Shown in pieces: positions 13,301 to 26,500 of a DNA stretch of 64,000 bases; positions within the stretch are counted from its first letter, which is position 1, and every line of letters starts with the position of its first letter. Where the stretch lies: NCBI GenBank assembly GCA_964057225.1, contig OZ059898.1:18600001-18664000 (forward strand), in the 5' to 3' direction. The notes beneath the pieces were generated by a model that was not told where the DNA came from, did no database searches, and saw only the letters and a program-made list of their open reading frames with translations. A program made the translations under genes and the position numbers. Source of the stretch: Auanema rhodensis (Eukaryota; Animalia; Nematoda).

Positions 13301-15060
13301 ATTAGATTCCCCATGTCCATATTAGTCTAAAAACAAATTTTTATTAATATTGGTGCATGGTAACCATGACTTCGAAATTTACGTGAACTTTAATTTATGC
13401 TAATTAAGTGTACACGTGATGTGCACTTGGTATGTAACTCGCTTCACGTGAAAAATAAAGAGATGCGGTTTTCAAAATTAGATTCCCCATGTCCATATTA
13501 GTCTAAGAACAAATTTTTATTGATATTGGTGCATGGTAACTATGACTTTGAAATTTACGTGAACTTTAATTTATGCTAATTAAGTGTACACATGATGTGC
13601 ACTTGGTATGTAACTCGCTTCACGAGAAAGATAAAAAGATGCGGTTTTCAAATTTAGATTTCGCGTGTCCATATTAGTCTAAAAACAAATTTTTATTGAT
13701 ATTGGTGCATGGTAACCATGACTTTGAAGTTTACGTGAACTTTAATTTATGCTAATTAAGTGTACACGTGAAGTGCACTTGGTATGTAACTCGCTTCACG
13801 TGAAAGATAAAGAGATGCGGTTTTCAAAATTAGATTCCCCATGTCCATATTAGTCTAAAAACAAATTTTTATCGATATTGGTGCATGGTAACCATGACTT
13901 TGAAATTTACGTGAACTTTAATTTATGCTAATTAAGTGTACACATGATGTGCACTCGGTATGTAACTCGCTTCACGTGAAAGATAAAGAGATGCGGTTTT
14001 CAAAATTAGATTCCGCATGTCCATATTAGTCTAAAAACAAATTTTTATTGATATTGGTGCATGGTAACCATGACTTTGAAATTTACGTGAACTTTAATTT
14101 ATGCTAATTAAGTGTACACGTGATGTGCACTTGGTATGTAACTCGCTTCACGTGAAAGATAAAGAGATGCGGTTTTCAAAATTAGATTCCCCATGTTTAT
14201 ATTAGTCTAAAAACAAATTTTTATTGATATTGGTGCATGGCAACCATGACTTTAAAATCTACGTGTACTTTAATTTATGCTAATTAAGTGTACACATGAT
14301 GTGCACTCGGTATGTAACTCGCTTCACGTGAAAGATAAAGAGATGCGGTTTTCAAAATTAGATTCCGCATGTCCATATTAGTCTAAAAACAAATTTTTAT
14401 TGATATTGGTGCATGGTAACCATGACTTTGAAATTTACGTGAACTTTAATTTATGCTAATTAAGTGTACACGTGATGTGCACTTGGTATGTAACTCGCTT
14501 CACGTGAAAGATAAAGAGATGCGGTTTTCAAAATTAGATTCCCCATGTTTATATTAGTCTAAAAACAAATTTTTATTGATATTGGTGCATGGCAACCATG
14601 ACTTTAAAATCTACGTGTACTTTAATTTATGCTAATTAAGTGTACACATGATGTGCACTTGGTATGTAACTCGCTTCACGTGAAAGATAAAGAGATGCGG
14701 TTTTCAAAATTAGATTCCCCATGTTTATATTAGTCTAAAAACAAATTTTTATTGATATTGGTGCATGGCAACCATGACTTTAAAATCTACGTGTACTTTA
14801 ATTTATGCTAATTAAGTGTACACATGATGTGCACTTGGTATGTAACTCGCTTCACGTGAAAGATAAAGAGATGCGGTTTTCAAAATTAGATTCCTCATGT
14901 CCATATTAGTCTAAAAACGAATTTTTATTGATATTGATGCATGGTAACCATGACTTTGAAATTTACGTGAACTTTAATTTATGCTTATTAAGTGTACACG
15001 TGATGTGCACTTGGTATGTAACTCGCTTCACGTGAAAGATAAAGGGATGCGGTTTTCAAA
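4400..15060 (+). repeat. Block duplication ~4.4-8.4 kb to ~10.9-15.1 kb (37-38 monomer offset)
   Basis: Rare shared SNPs: CATGACC 5929/12437 (6508), GATGAGC 6386/12895 (6509), CTAAGAAC 6822/13507 (6685, one extra monomer). Confidence 0.85.
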
Positions 15061-18000
15061 ATTAGATTCCCCATGTCCATATTAGTCTAAAAACAAATTT
15101 TTATTGATATTGGTGCATGGTAACCATGACTTTGAAATTTACGTGAACTTTAATTTATGCTAATTAAGTGTACACGTGATGTGCACTTGGTATGTAACTC
15201 GCTTCACGTGAAAGATGAAGAGATGCGGTTTTCACAATTAGGTTCCCCATGTCCATATTAGTCTAAAAACAAATTTTTGTTGATATTGGTGGATGGTAAC
15301 CATGACTTTCAAATTTACGTGAACTTTAATTTATGCTAATTAAGTGTACACATGATGTGCACTTGGTATGTAACTCGCTTCACGTCAAAGATAAAGAGAT
15401 GCGGTTTTCAAAATTAGATTTCGCATGTCCATATTAGTCTAAAAACAAATTTTTATTGATATTGGTGCATGGTAACCATGACTTTGAAATTTACGTGAAC
15501 TTTAATTTATGCTAATTAAGTGTACACATGATGTGCACTCGGTGTGTAACTCGCTTCACGTGAAAGATAAAGAGATGCGGTTTTCAAAATTAGATTCCGC
15601 ATGTCCATATTAGTCTAAAAACAAATTTTTATTGATATTGGTGCATGGTAACCATGACTTTGAAATTTACGTGAACTTTAATTTATGCTAATTAAGTGTA
15701 CACGTGATGTGCACTTGGTATGTAACTCGCTTCACGTGAAAGATAAAGAGATGCGGTTTCCAAAATTAGATTTCGCATGTCCATATTAGTCTAAAAACAA
15801 ATTTTTATTGATATTGGTGCATGGTAACCATGACTTTGAAATTTACGTGAACTTCAATTTATGCTAATTAAGTGTACACGTGATGTGCACTTGGTATGTA
15901 ACTCGCTTCACGTGAAAGATAAAGAGATGCGGTTTTCAAAATTAGATTCCCCATGTTTATATTAGTCTAAAAACAAATTTTTATTGATATTGGTGCATGG
16001 CAACCATGACTTTAAAATCTACGTGTACTTTAATTTATGCTAATTAAGTGTACACATGATGTGCACTTGGTATGTAACTCGCTTCACGTGAAAGATAAAG
16101 AGATGCGGTTTTCAAAATTAGATTCCTCATGTCCATATTAGTCTAAAAACGAATTTTTATTGATATTGATGCATGGTAACCATGACTTTGAAATTTACGT
16201 GAACTTTAATTTATGCTTATTAAGTGTACACGTGATGTGCACTTGGTATGTAACTCGCTTCACGTGAAAGATAAAGGGATGCGGTTTTCAAAATTAGATT
16301 CCCCATGTCCATATTAGTCTAAAAACAAATTTTTGTTGATATTGGTGGATGGTAACCATGACTTTGAAATTAATGTGAACTTTAATTTATGCTAATTAAG
16401 TGTACACGTGATGTGCACTTGGTATGTAACTCGCTTCACGTCAAAGATAAAGAGATGCGGTTTTCAAAATTAGATTTCGCATGTCTATATTAGTCTAAAA
16501 ACAAGTTTTTGTTGATATTGGTGGATGGTAACCATGACTTTCAAATTTACGTGAACTTCAATTTATGCTAATTAAGTGTACACGTGATGTGCACTTGGTA
16601 TGTAACTCGCTTCGCGTCAACGATGAAGAGATGCGGTTTTCAAAATTAGATTCCCCATGTCCATATTAGTCTAAAAACAAATTTTTATTAATATTGGTGC
16701 ATGGTAACCATGACTTTGAAATTTACGTGAACTTTAATTTATGCTAATTAAGTGTACACGTGATGTGCACTTGGTATGTAACTCGCTTCACGTGAAAGAT
16801 AAAGAGATGCGGTTTTCAAAATTAGATTCCCCATGTCCATATTAGTCTAAAAACAAATTTTTATTGATATTGGTGCATGGTAACCATGACTTTGAAATTT
16901 ACGTGAACTTTAATTTATGCTAATTAAGTGTACACATGATGTGCACTCGGTATGTAACTCGCTTCACGTGAAAGATAAAGAGATGCGGTTTTCAAAATTA
17001 GATTCCGCATGTCCATATTAGTCTAAAAACAAATTTTTATTGATATTGGTGCATGGTAACCATGACTTTGAAATTTACGTGAACTTCAATTTATGCTAAT
17101 TAAGTGTACACGTGATGTGCACTTGGTATGTAACTCGCTTCACGTGAAAGATGAAGAGATGCGGTTTTCAAAATTAGGTTCCCCATGTCCATATTAGTCT
17201 AAAAACAAATTTTTGTTGATATTGGTGCATGGTAACCATGACTTTGAAATTTACGTGAACTTTAATTTATGCTAATTAAGTGTACACGTGATGTGCACTT
17301 GGTATGTAACTCGCTTCACGTGAAAGATAAAGAGATGCGGTTTTCAAAATTAGATTCCCCATGTCCATATTAGTCTAAAAACAAATTTTTATTGATATTG
17401 GTGCATGGTAACCATGACTTTGAAATTTACGTGAACTTCAATTTATGCTAATTAAGTGTACACGTGATGTGCACTTGGTATGTAACTCGCTTCACGTGAA
17501 AGATGAAGAGATGCGGTTTTCAAAATTAGATTCCCCATGTTTATATTAGTCTAAAAACAAATTTTTATTGATATTGGTGCATGGCAACCATGACTTTAAA
17601 ATCTACGTGTACTTTAATTTATGCTAATTAAGTGTACACATGATGTGCACTTGGTATGTAACTCGCTTCACGTGAAAGATAAAGAGATGCGGTTTTCAAA
17701 ATTAGATTCCCCATGTTTATATTAGTCTAAAAACAAATTTTTATTGATATTGGTGCATGGCAACCATGACTTTGAAATTTACGTGAACTTTAATTTATGC
17801 TAATTAAGTGTACACGTGATGTGCACTTTGTATGTAACTCGCTTCACGTGAAAGATGAAGAGATGCGGTTTTCAAAATTAGATTCCCCATGTTTATATTA
17901 GTCTAAAAACAAATTTTTATTGATATTGGTGCATGGCAACCATGACTTTAAAATCTACGTGTACTTTAATTTATGCTAATTAAGTGTACACATGATGTGC

Positions 18001-21000
18001 ACTTGGTATGTAACTCGCTTCACGTGAAAGATAAAGAGATGCGGTTTTCAAAATTAGATTTCGCATGTCTATATTAGTCTAAAAACAAGTTTTTGTTGAT
18101 ATTGGTGGATGGTAACCATGACTTTCAAATTTACGTGAACTTCAATTTATGCTAATTAAGTGTACACGTGATGTGCACTTGGTATGTAACTCGCTTCGCG
18201 TCAACGATGAAGAGATGCGGTTTTCAAAATTAGATTTCGCATGTCCATATTAGTCTAAAAACAAATTTTTATTGATATTGGTGCATGGTAACCATGACTT
18301 TGAAATTTACGTGAACTTCAATTTATGCTAATTAAGTGTACACGTGATGTGCACTTGGTATGTAACTCGCTTCACGTGAAAGATAAAGAGATGCGGTTTC
18401 CAAAATTAGATTTCGCATGTCCATATTAGTCTAAAAACAAATTTTTATTGATATTGGTGCATGGTAACCATGACTTTGAAATTTACGTGAACTTCAATTT
18501 ATGCTAATTAAGTGTACACGTGATGTGCACTTGGTATGTAACTCGCTTCACGTGAAAGATAAAGAGATGCGGTTTTCAAAATTAGATTCCCCATGTTTAT
18601 ATTAGTCTAAAAACAAATTTTTATTGATATTGGTGCATGGTAACCATGACTTTGAAATTTACGTGAACTTCAATTTATGCTAATTAAGTGTACACGTGAT
18701 GTGCACTTGGTATGTAACTCGCTTCACGTGAAAGATGAAGAGATGCGGTTTTCAAAATTAGATTCCCCATGTTTATATTAGTCTAAAAACAAATTTTTAT
18801 TGATATTGGTGCATGGCAACCATGACTTTAAAATCTACGTGTACTTTAATTTATGCTAATTAAGTGTACACATGATGTGCACTTGGTATGTAACTCGCTT
18901 CACGTGAAAGATAAAGAGATGCGGTTTTCAAAATTAGATTTCGCATGTCTATATTAGTCTAAAAACAAGTTTTTGTTGATATTGGTGGATGGTAACCATG
19001 ACTTTCAAATTTACGTGAACTTCAATTTATGCTAATTAAGTGTACACGTGATGTGCACTTGGTATGTAACTCGCTTCGCGTCAACGATGAAGAGATGCGG
19101 TTTTCAAAATTAGATTCCCCATGTCCATATTAGTCTAAAAACAAATTTTTATTAATATTGGTGCATGGTAACCATGACTTTGAAATTTACGTGAACTTTA
19201 ATTTATGCTAATTAAGTGTACACGTGATGTGCACTTGGTATGTAACTCGCTTCACGTGAAAGATAAAGAGATGCGGTTTTCAAAATTAGATTCCCCATGT
19301 CCATATTAGTCTAAAAACAAATTTTTATTGATATTGGTGCATGGTAACCATGACTTTGAAATTTACGTGAACTTTAATTTATGCTAATTAAGTGTACACA
19401 TGATGTGCACTCGGTATGTAACTCGCTTCACGTGAAAGATAAAGAGATGCGGTTTTCAAAATTAGATTCCGCATGTCCATATTAGTCTAAAAACAAATTT
19501 TTATTGATATTGGTGCATGGTAACCATGACTTTGAAATTTACGTGAACTTCAATTTATGCTAATTAAGTGTACACGTGATGTGCACTTGGTATGTAACTC
19601 GCTTCACGTGAAAGATGAAGAGATGCGGTTTTCAAAATTAGGTTCCCCATGTCCATATTAGTCTAAAAACAAATTTTTGTTGATATTGGTGCATGGTAAC
19701 CATGACTTTGAAATTTACGTGAACTTTAATTTATGCTAATTAAGTGTACACGTGATGTGCACTTGGTATGTAACTCGCTTCACGTGAAAGATAAAGAGAT
19801 GCGGTTTTCAAAATTAGATTCCCCATGTCCATATTAGTCTAAAAACAAATTTTTATTGATATTGGTGCATGGTAACCATGACTTTGAAATTTACGTGAAC
19901 TTCAATTTATGCTAATTAAGTGTACACGTGATGTGCACTTGGTATGTAACTCGCTTCACGTGAAAGATGAAGAGATGCGGTTTTCAAAATTAGATTCCCC
20001 ATGTTTATATTAGTCTAAAAACAAATTTTTATTGATATTGGTGCATGGCAACCATGACTTTAAAATCTACGTGTACTTTAATTTATGCTAATTAAGTGTA
20101 CACATGATGTGCACTTGGTATGTAACTCGCTTCACGTGAAAGATAAAGAGATGCGGTTTTCAAAATTAGATTCCCCATGTTTATATTAGTCTAAAAACAA
20201 ATTTTTATTGATATTGGTGCATGGCAACCATGACTTTAAAATCTACGTGTACTTTAATTTATGCTAATTAAGTGTACACATGATGTGCACTTGGTATGTA
20301 ACTCGCTTCACGTGAAAGATAAAGAGATGCGGTTTTCAAAATTAGATTCCTCATGTCCATATTAGTCTAAAAACGAATTTTTATTGATATTGATGCATGG
20401 TAACCATGACTTTGAAATTTACGTGAACTTTAATTTATGCTTATTAAGTGTACACGTGATGTGCACTTGGTATGTAACTCGCTTCACGTGAAAGATAAAG
20501 GGATGCGGTTTTCAAAATTAGATTCCCCATGTCCATATTAGTCTAAAAACAAATTTTTATTGATATTGGTGCATGGTAACCATGACTTTGAAATTTACGT
20601 GAACTTTAATTTATGCTAATTAAGTGTACACGTGATGTGCACTTGGTATGTAACTCGCTTCACGTGAAAGATGAAGAGATGCGGTTTTCACAATTAGGTT
20701 CCCCATGTCCATATTAGTCTAAAAACAAATTTTTGTTGATATTGGTGGATGGTAACCATGACTTTCAAATTTACGTGAACTTTAATTTATGCTAATTAAG
20801 TGTACACATGATGTGCACTTGGTATGTAACTCGCTTCACGTCAAAGATAAAGAGATGCGGTTTTCAAAATTAGATTTCGCATGTCCATATTAGTCTAAAA
20901 ACAAATTTTTATTGATATTGGTGCATGGTAACCATGACTTTGAAATTTACGTGAACTTTAATTTATGCTAATTAAGTGTACACGTGATGTGCACTTGGTA

Positions 21001-22620
21001 TGTAACTCGCTTCACGTGAAAGATAAAGAGATGCGGTTTCCAAAATTAGATTTCGCATGTCCATATTAGTCTAAAAACAAATTTTTGTTGATATTGGTGG
21101 ATGGTAACAATGACTTTGAAATTTACGTGAACTTTAATTTATGCTAATTAAGTGTACACGTGATGTGCACTTGGTATGTAACTCGCTTCACGTGAAAGAT
21201 GAAGAGATGCGGTTTTCAAAATTAGGTTCCCCATGTCCATATTAGTCTAAAAACAAATTTTTGTTGATATTGGTGGATGGTAACCATGACTTTGAAATTT
21301 ACGTGAACTTTTATTTATGCTAATTAAGTGTACACATGATGTGCACTCGGTGTGTAACTCGCTTCACGTGAAAGATAAAGAGATGCGGTTTTCAAAATTA
21401 GATTCCGCATGTCCATATTAGTCTAAAAACAAATTTTTATTGATATTGGTGCATGGTAACCATGACTTTGAAATTTACGTGAACTTTAATTTATGCTAAT
21501 TAAGTGTACACGTGATGTGCACTTGGTATGTAACTCGCTTCACGTGAAAGATAAAGAGATGCGGTTTCCAAAATTAGATTTCGCATGTCCATATTAGTCT
21601 AAAAACAAATTTTTATTGATATTGGTGCATGGTAACCATGACTTTGAAATTTACGTGAACTTCAATTTATGCTAATTAAGTGTACACGTGATGTGCACTT
21701 GGTATGTAACTCGCTTCACGTGAAAGATAAAGAGATGCGGTTTTCAAAATTAGATTCCCCATGTTTATATTAGTCTAAAAACAAATTTTTATTGATATTG
21801 GTGCATGGCAACCATGACTTTAAAATCTACGTGTACTTTAATTTATGCTAATTAAGTGTACACATGATGTGCACTTGGTATGTAACTCGCTTCACGTGAA
21901 AGATAAAGAGATGCGGTTTTCAAAATTAGATTCCTCATGTCCATATTAGTCTAAAAACGAATTTTTATTGATATTGATGCATGGTAACCATGACTTTGAA
22001 ATTTACGTGAACTTTAATTTATGCTTATTAAGTGTACACGTGATGTGCACTTGGTATGTAACTCGCTTCACGTGAAAGATAAAGGGATGCGGTTTTCAAA
22101 ATTAGATTCCCCATGTCCATATTAGTCTAAAAACAAATTTTTGTTGATATTGGTGGATGGTAACCATGACTTTGAAATTAATGTGAACTTTAATTTATGC
22201 TAATTAAGTGTACACGTGATGTGCACTTGGTATGTAACTCGCTTCACGTCAAAGATAAAGAGATGCGGTTTTCAAAATTAGATTTCGCATGTCTATATTA
22301 GTCTAAAAACAAATTTTTGTTGATATTGGTGGATGGTAACCATGACTTTCAAATTTACGTGAACTTCAATTTATGCTAATTAAGTGTACACGTGATGTGC
22401 ACTTGGTATGTAACTCGCTTCGCGTCAACGATGAAGAGATGCGGTTTTCAAAATTAGATTCCCCATGTCCATATTAGTCTAAAAACAAATTTTTATTAAT
22501 ATTGGTGCATGGTAACCATGACTTTGAAATTTACGTGAACTTTAATTTATGCTAATTAAGTGTACACGTGATGTGCACTTGGTATGTAACTCGCTTCACG
22601 TGAAAGATAAAGAGATGCGG
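14601..22620 (+). repeat. Block duplication ~14.6-16.8 kb to ~20.1-22.6 kb (31- then 33-monomer offset), with an internal 14-monomer-offset duplication
   Basis: CACAATTAGG 15235/20691 (5456 = 31 x 176); CGGTGTG 15544/21352 and AATTAATGTG monomers 16361/22169 (5808 = 33 x 176); ACAAGTTTTT 16505/18969 (2464 = 14 x 176). Confidence 0.82.
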
Positions 22621-23571
22621 TTTTCAAAATTAGATTCCGCATGTCCATATTAGTCTAAAAACAAATTTTTATTGATATTGGTGCATGGTAACCATGACTT
22701 TGAAATTTACGTGAACTTCAATTTATGCTAATTAAGTGTACACGTGATGTGCACTTGGTATGTAACTCGCTTCACGTGAAAGATGAAGAGATGCGGTTTT
22801 CAAAATTAGGTTCCCCATGTCCATATTAGTCTAAAAACAAATTTTTGTTGATATTGGTGCATGGTAACCATGACTTTGAAATTTACGTGAACTTTAATTT
22901 ATGCTAATTAAGTGTACACGTGATGTGCACTTGGTATGTAACTCGCTTCACGTGAAAGATAAAGAGATGCGGTTTTCAAAATTAGATTCCCCATGTCCAT
23001 ATTAGTCTAAAAACAAATTTTTATCGATATTGGTGCATGGTAACCATGACTTTGAAATTTACGTGAACTTTAATTTATGCTAATTAAGTGTACACATGAT
23101 GTGCACTCGGTATGTAACTCGCTTCACGTGAAAGATAAAGAGATGCGGTTTTCAAAATTAGATTCCGCATGTCCATATTAGTCTAAAAACAAATTTTTAT
23201 TGATATTGGTGCATGGTAACCATGACTTTGAAATTTACGTGAACTTCAATTTATGCTAATTAAGTGTACACGTGATGTGCACTTGGTATGTAACTCGCTT
23301 CACGTGAAAGATGAAGAGATGCGGTTTTCAAAATTAGATTCCTCATGTCCATATTAGTCTAAAAACAAATTTTTATTGATATTGGTGCATGGTAACCATG
23401 ACTTTGAAATTTACGTGAACTTTAATTTATGCTAATTAAGTGTACACGTGATGTGCACTTGGTATGTAACTCGCTTCACGTGAAAGATAAAGAGATGCGG
23501 TTTCCAAAATTAGATTTCGCATGTCCATATTAGTCTAAAAACAAATTTTTGTTGATATTGGTGGATGGTAA

Positions 23572-26500
23572 CCATGACTTTAAAATCTACGTGTACTTTA
23601 ATTTATGCTAATTAAGTGTACACATGATGTGCACTTGGTATGTAACTCGCTTCACGTGAAAGATAAAGAGATGCGGTTTTCAAAATTAGATTCCTCATGT
23701 CCATGTTAGTCTAAAAACGAATTTTTATTGATATTGGTGCATGGCAACCATGACTTTAAAATCTACGTGTACTTTAATTTATGCTAATTAAGTGTACACA
23801 TGATGTGCACTTGGTATGTAACTCGCTTCACGTGAAAGATAAAGAGATGCGGTTTTCAAAATTAGATTCCTCATGTCCATATTAGTCTAAAAACGAATTT
23901 TTATTGATATTGATGCATGGTAACCATGACTTTGAAATTTACGTGAACTTTAATTTATGCTTATTAAGTGTACACGTGATGTGCACTTGGTATGTAACTC
24001 GCTTCACGTGAAAGATAAAGGGATGCGGTTTTCAAAATTAGATTCCCCATGTCCATATTAGTCTAAAAACAAATTTTTGTTGATATTGGTGAATGGTAAC
24101 CATGACTTTGAAATTTATGTGAACTTTAATTTATGCTAATTAAGTGTACACGTGATGTGCACTTGGTATGTAACTCGCTTCACGTGAAAGATAAAGAGAT
24201 GCGGTTTTCAAAATTAGATTCCCCATGTTTATATTAGTCTAAAAACAAATTTTTATTGATATTGGTGCATGGCAACCATGACTTTAAAATCTACGTGTAC
24301 TTTAATTTATGCTAATTAAGTGTACACATGATGTGCACTTGGTATGTAACTCGCTTCACGTGAAAGATAAAGAGATGCGGTTTTCAAAATTAGATTCCTC
24401 ATGTCCATATTAGTCTAAAAACGAATTTTTATTGATATTGGTGCATGGCAACCATGACTTTAAAATCTACGTGTACTTTAATTTATGCTAATTAAGTGTA
24501 CACATGATGTGCACTTGGTATGTAACTCGCTTCACGTGAAAGATAAAGAGATGCGGTTTTCAAAATTAGATTCCTCATGTCCATATTAGTCTAAAAACGA
24601 ATTTTTATTGATATTGATGCATGGTAACCATGACTTTGAAATTTACGTGAACTTTAATTTATGCTTATTAAGTGTACACGTGATGTGCACTTGGTATGTA
24701 ACTCGCTTCACGTGAAAGATAAAGGGATGCGGTTTTCAAAATTAGATTCCCCATGTCCATATTAGTCTAAAAACAAATTTTTGTTGATATTGGTGAATGG
24801 TAACCATGACTTTGAAATTTATGTGAACTTTAATTTATGCTAATTAAGTGTACACGTGATGTGCACTTGGTATGTAACTCGCTTCACGTGAAAGATAAAG
24901 GGATGCGGTTTTCAAAATTAGATTTCGCATGTCTATATTAGTCTAAAAACAAATTTTTGTTGATATTGGTGGATGGTAACCATGACTTTCAAATTTACGT
25001 GAACTTCAATTTATGCTAATTAAGTGTACACGTGATGTGCACTTGGTATGTAACTCGCTTCGCGTCAACGATAAAGAGATGCGGTTTTCAAAATTAGATT
25101 CCCCATGTCCATATTAGTCTAAAAAAAAATTTTTATTAATATTGGTGCATGGTAACCATGACTTTGAAATTTACGTGAACTTTAATTTATGCTAATTAAG
25201 TGTACACGTGATGTGCACTTGGTATGTAACTCGCTTCACGTGAAAGATAAAGAGATGCGGTTTTCAAAATTAGATTCCCCATGTCCATATTAGTCTAAAA
25301 ACAAATTTTTATTGATATTGGTGCATGGTAACCATGACTTTGAAATTTACGTGAACTTTAATTTATGCTAATTAAGTGTACACATGATGTGCACTCGGTA
25401 TGTAACTCGCTTCACGTGAAAGATAAAGAGATGCGGTTTTCAAAATTAGGTTCCCCATGTCCATATTAGTCTAAAAACAAATTTTTATTGATATTGGTGC
25501 ATGGTAACCATGACTTTGAAATTTACGTGAACTTCAATTTATGCTAATTAAGTGTACACGTGATGTGCACTTGGTATGTAACTCGCTTCACGTGAAAGAT
25601 GAAGAGATGCGGTTTTCAAAATTAGGTTCCCCATGTCCATATTAGTCTAAAAACAAATTTTTGTTGATATTGGTGCATGGTAACCATGACTTTGAAATTT
25701 ACGTGAACTTTAATTTATGCTAATTAAGTGTACACGTGATGTGCACTTGGTATGTAACTCGCTTCACGTGAAAGATAAAGAGATGCGGTTTTCAAAATTA
25801 GGTTCCCCATGTCCATATTAGTCTAAAAACAAATTTTTGTTGATATTGGTGGATGGTAACCATGACTTTGAAATTTACGTGAACTTTAATTTATGCTAAT
25901 TAAGTGTACACGTGATGTGCACTTGGTATGTAACTCGCTTCACGTGAAAGATAAAGAGATGCGGTTTTCAAAATTAGGTTCCCCATGTCCATATTAGTCT
26001 AAAAACAAATTTTTGTTGATATTGGTGGATGGTAACCATGACTTTGAAATTTACGTGAACTTTAATTTATGCTAATTAAGTGTACACGTGATGTGCACTT
26101 GGTATGTAACTCGCTTCACGTGAAAGATAAAGAGATGCGGTTTCCAAAATTAGATTCCCCATGTCCATATTAGTCTAAAAACAAATTTTTATCGATATTG
26201 GTGCATGGTAACCATGACTTTGAAATTTACGTGAACTTTAATTTATGCTAATTAAGTGTACACATGATGTGCACTCGGTATGTAACTCGCTTCACGTGAA
26301 AGATAAAGAGATGCGGTTTTCAAAATTAGATTCCGCATGTCCATATTAGTCTAAAAACAAATTTTTATTGATATTGGTGCATGGTAACCATGACTTTGAA
26401 ATTTACGTGAACTTCAATTTATGCTAATTAAGTGTACACGTGATGTGCACTTGGTATGTAACTCGCTTCACGTGAAAGATGAAGAGATGCGGTTTTCAAA

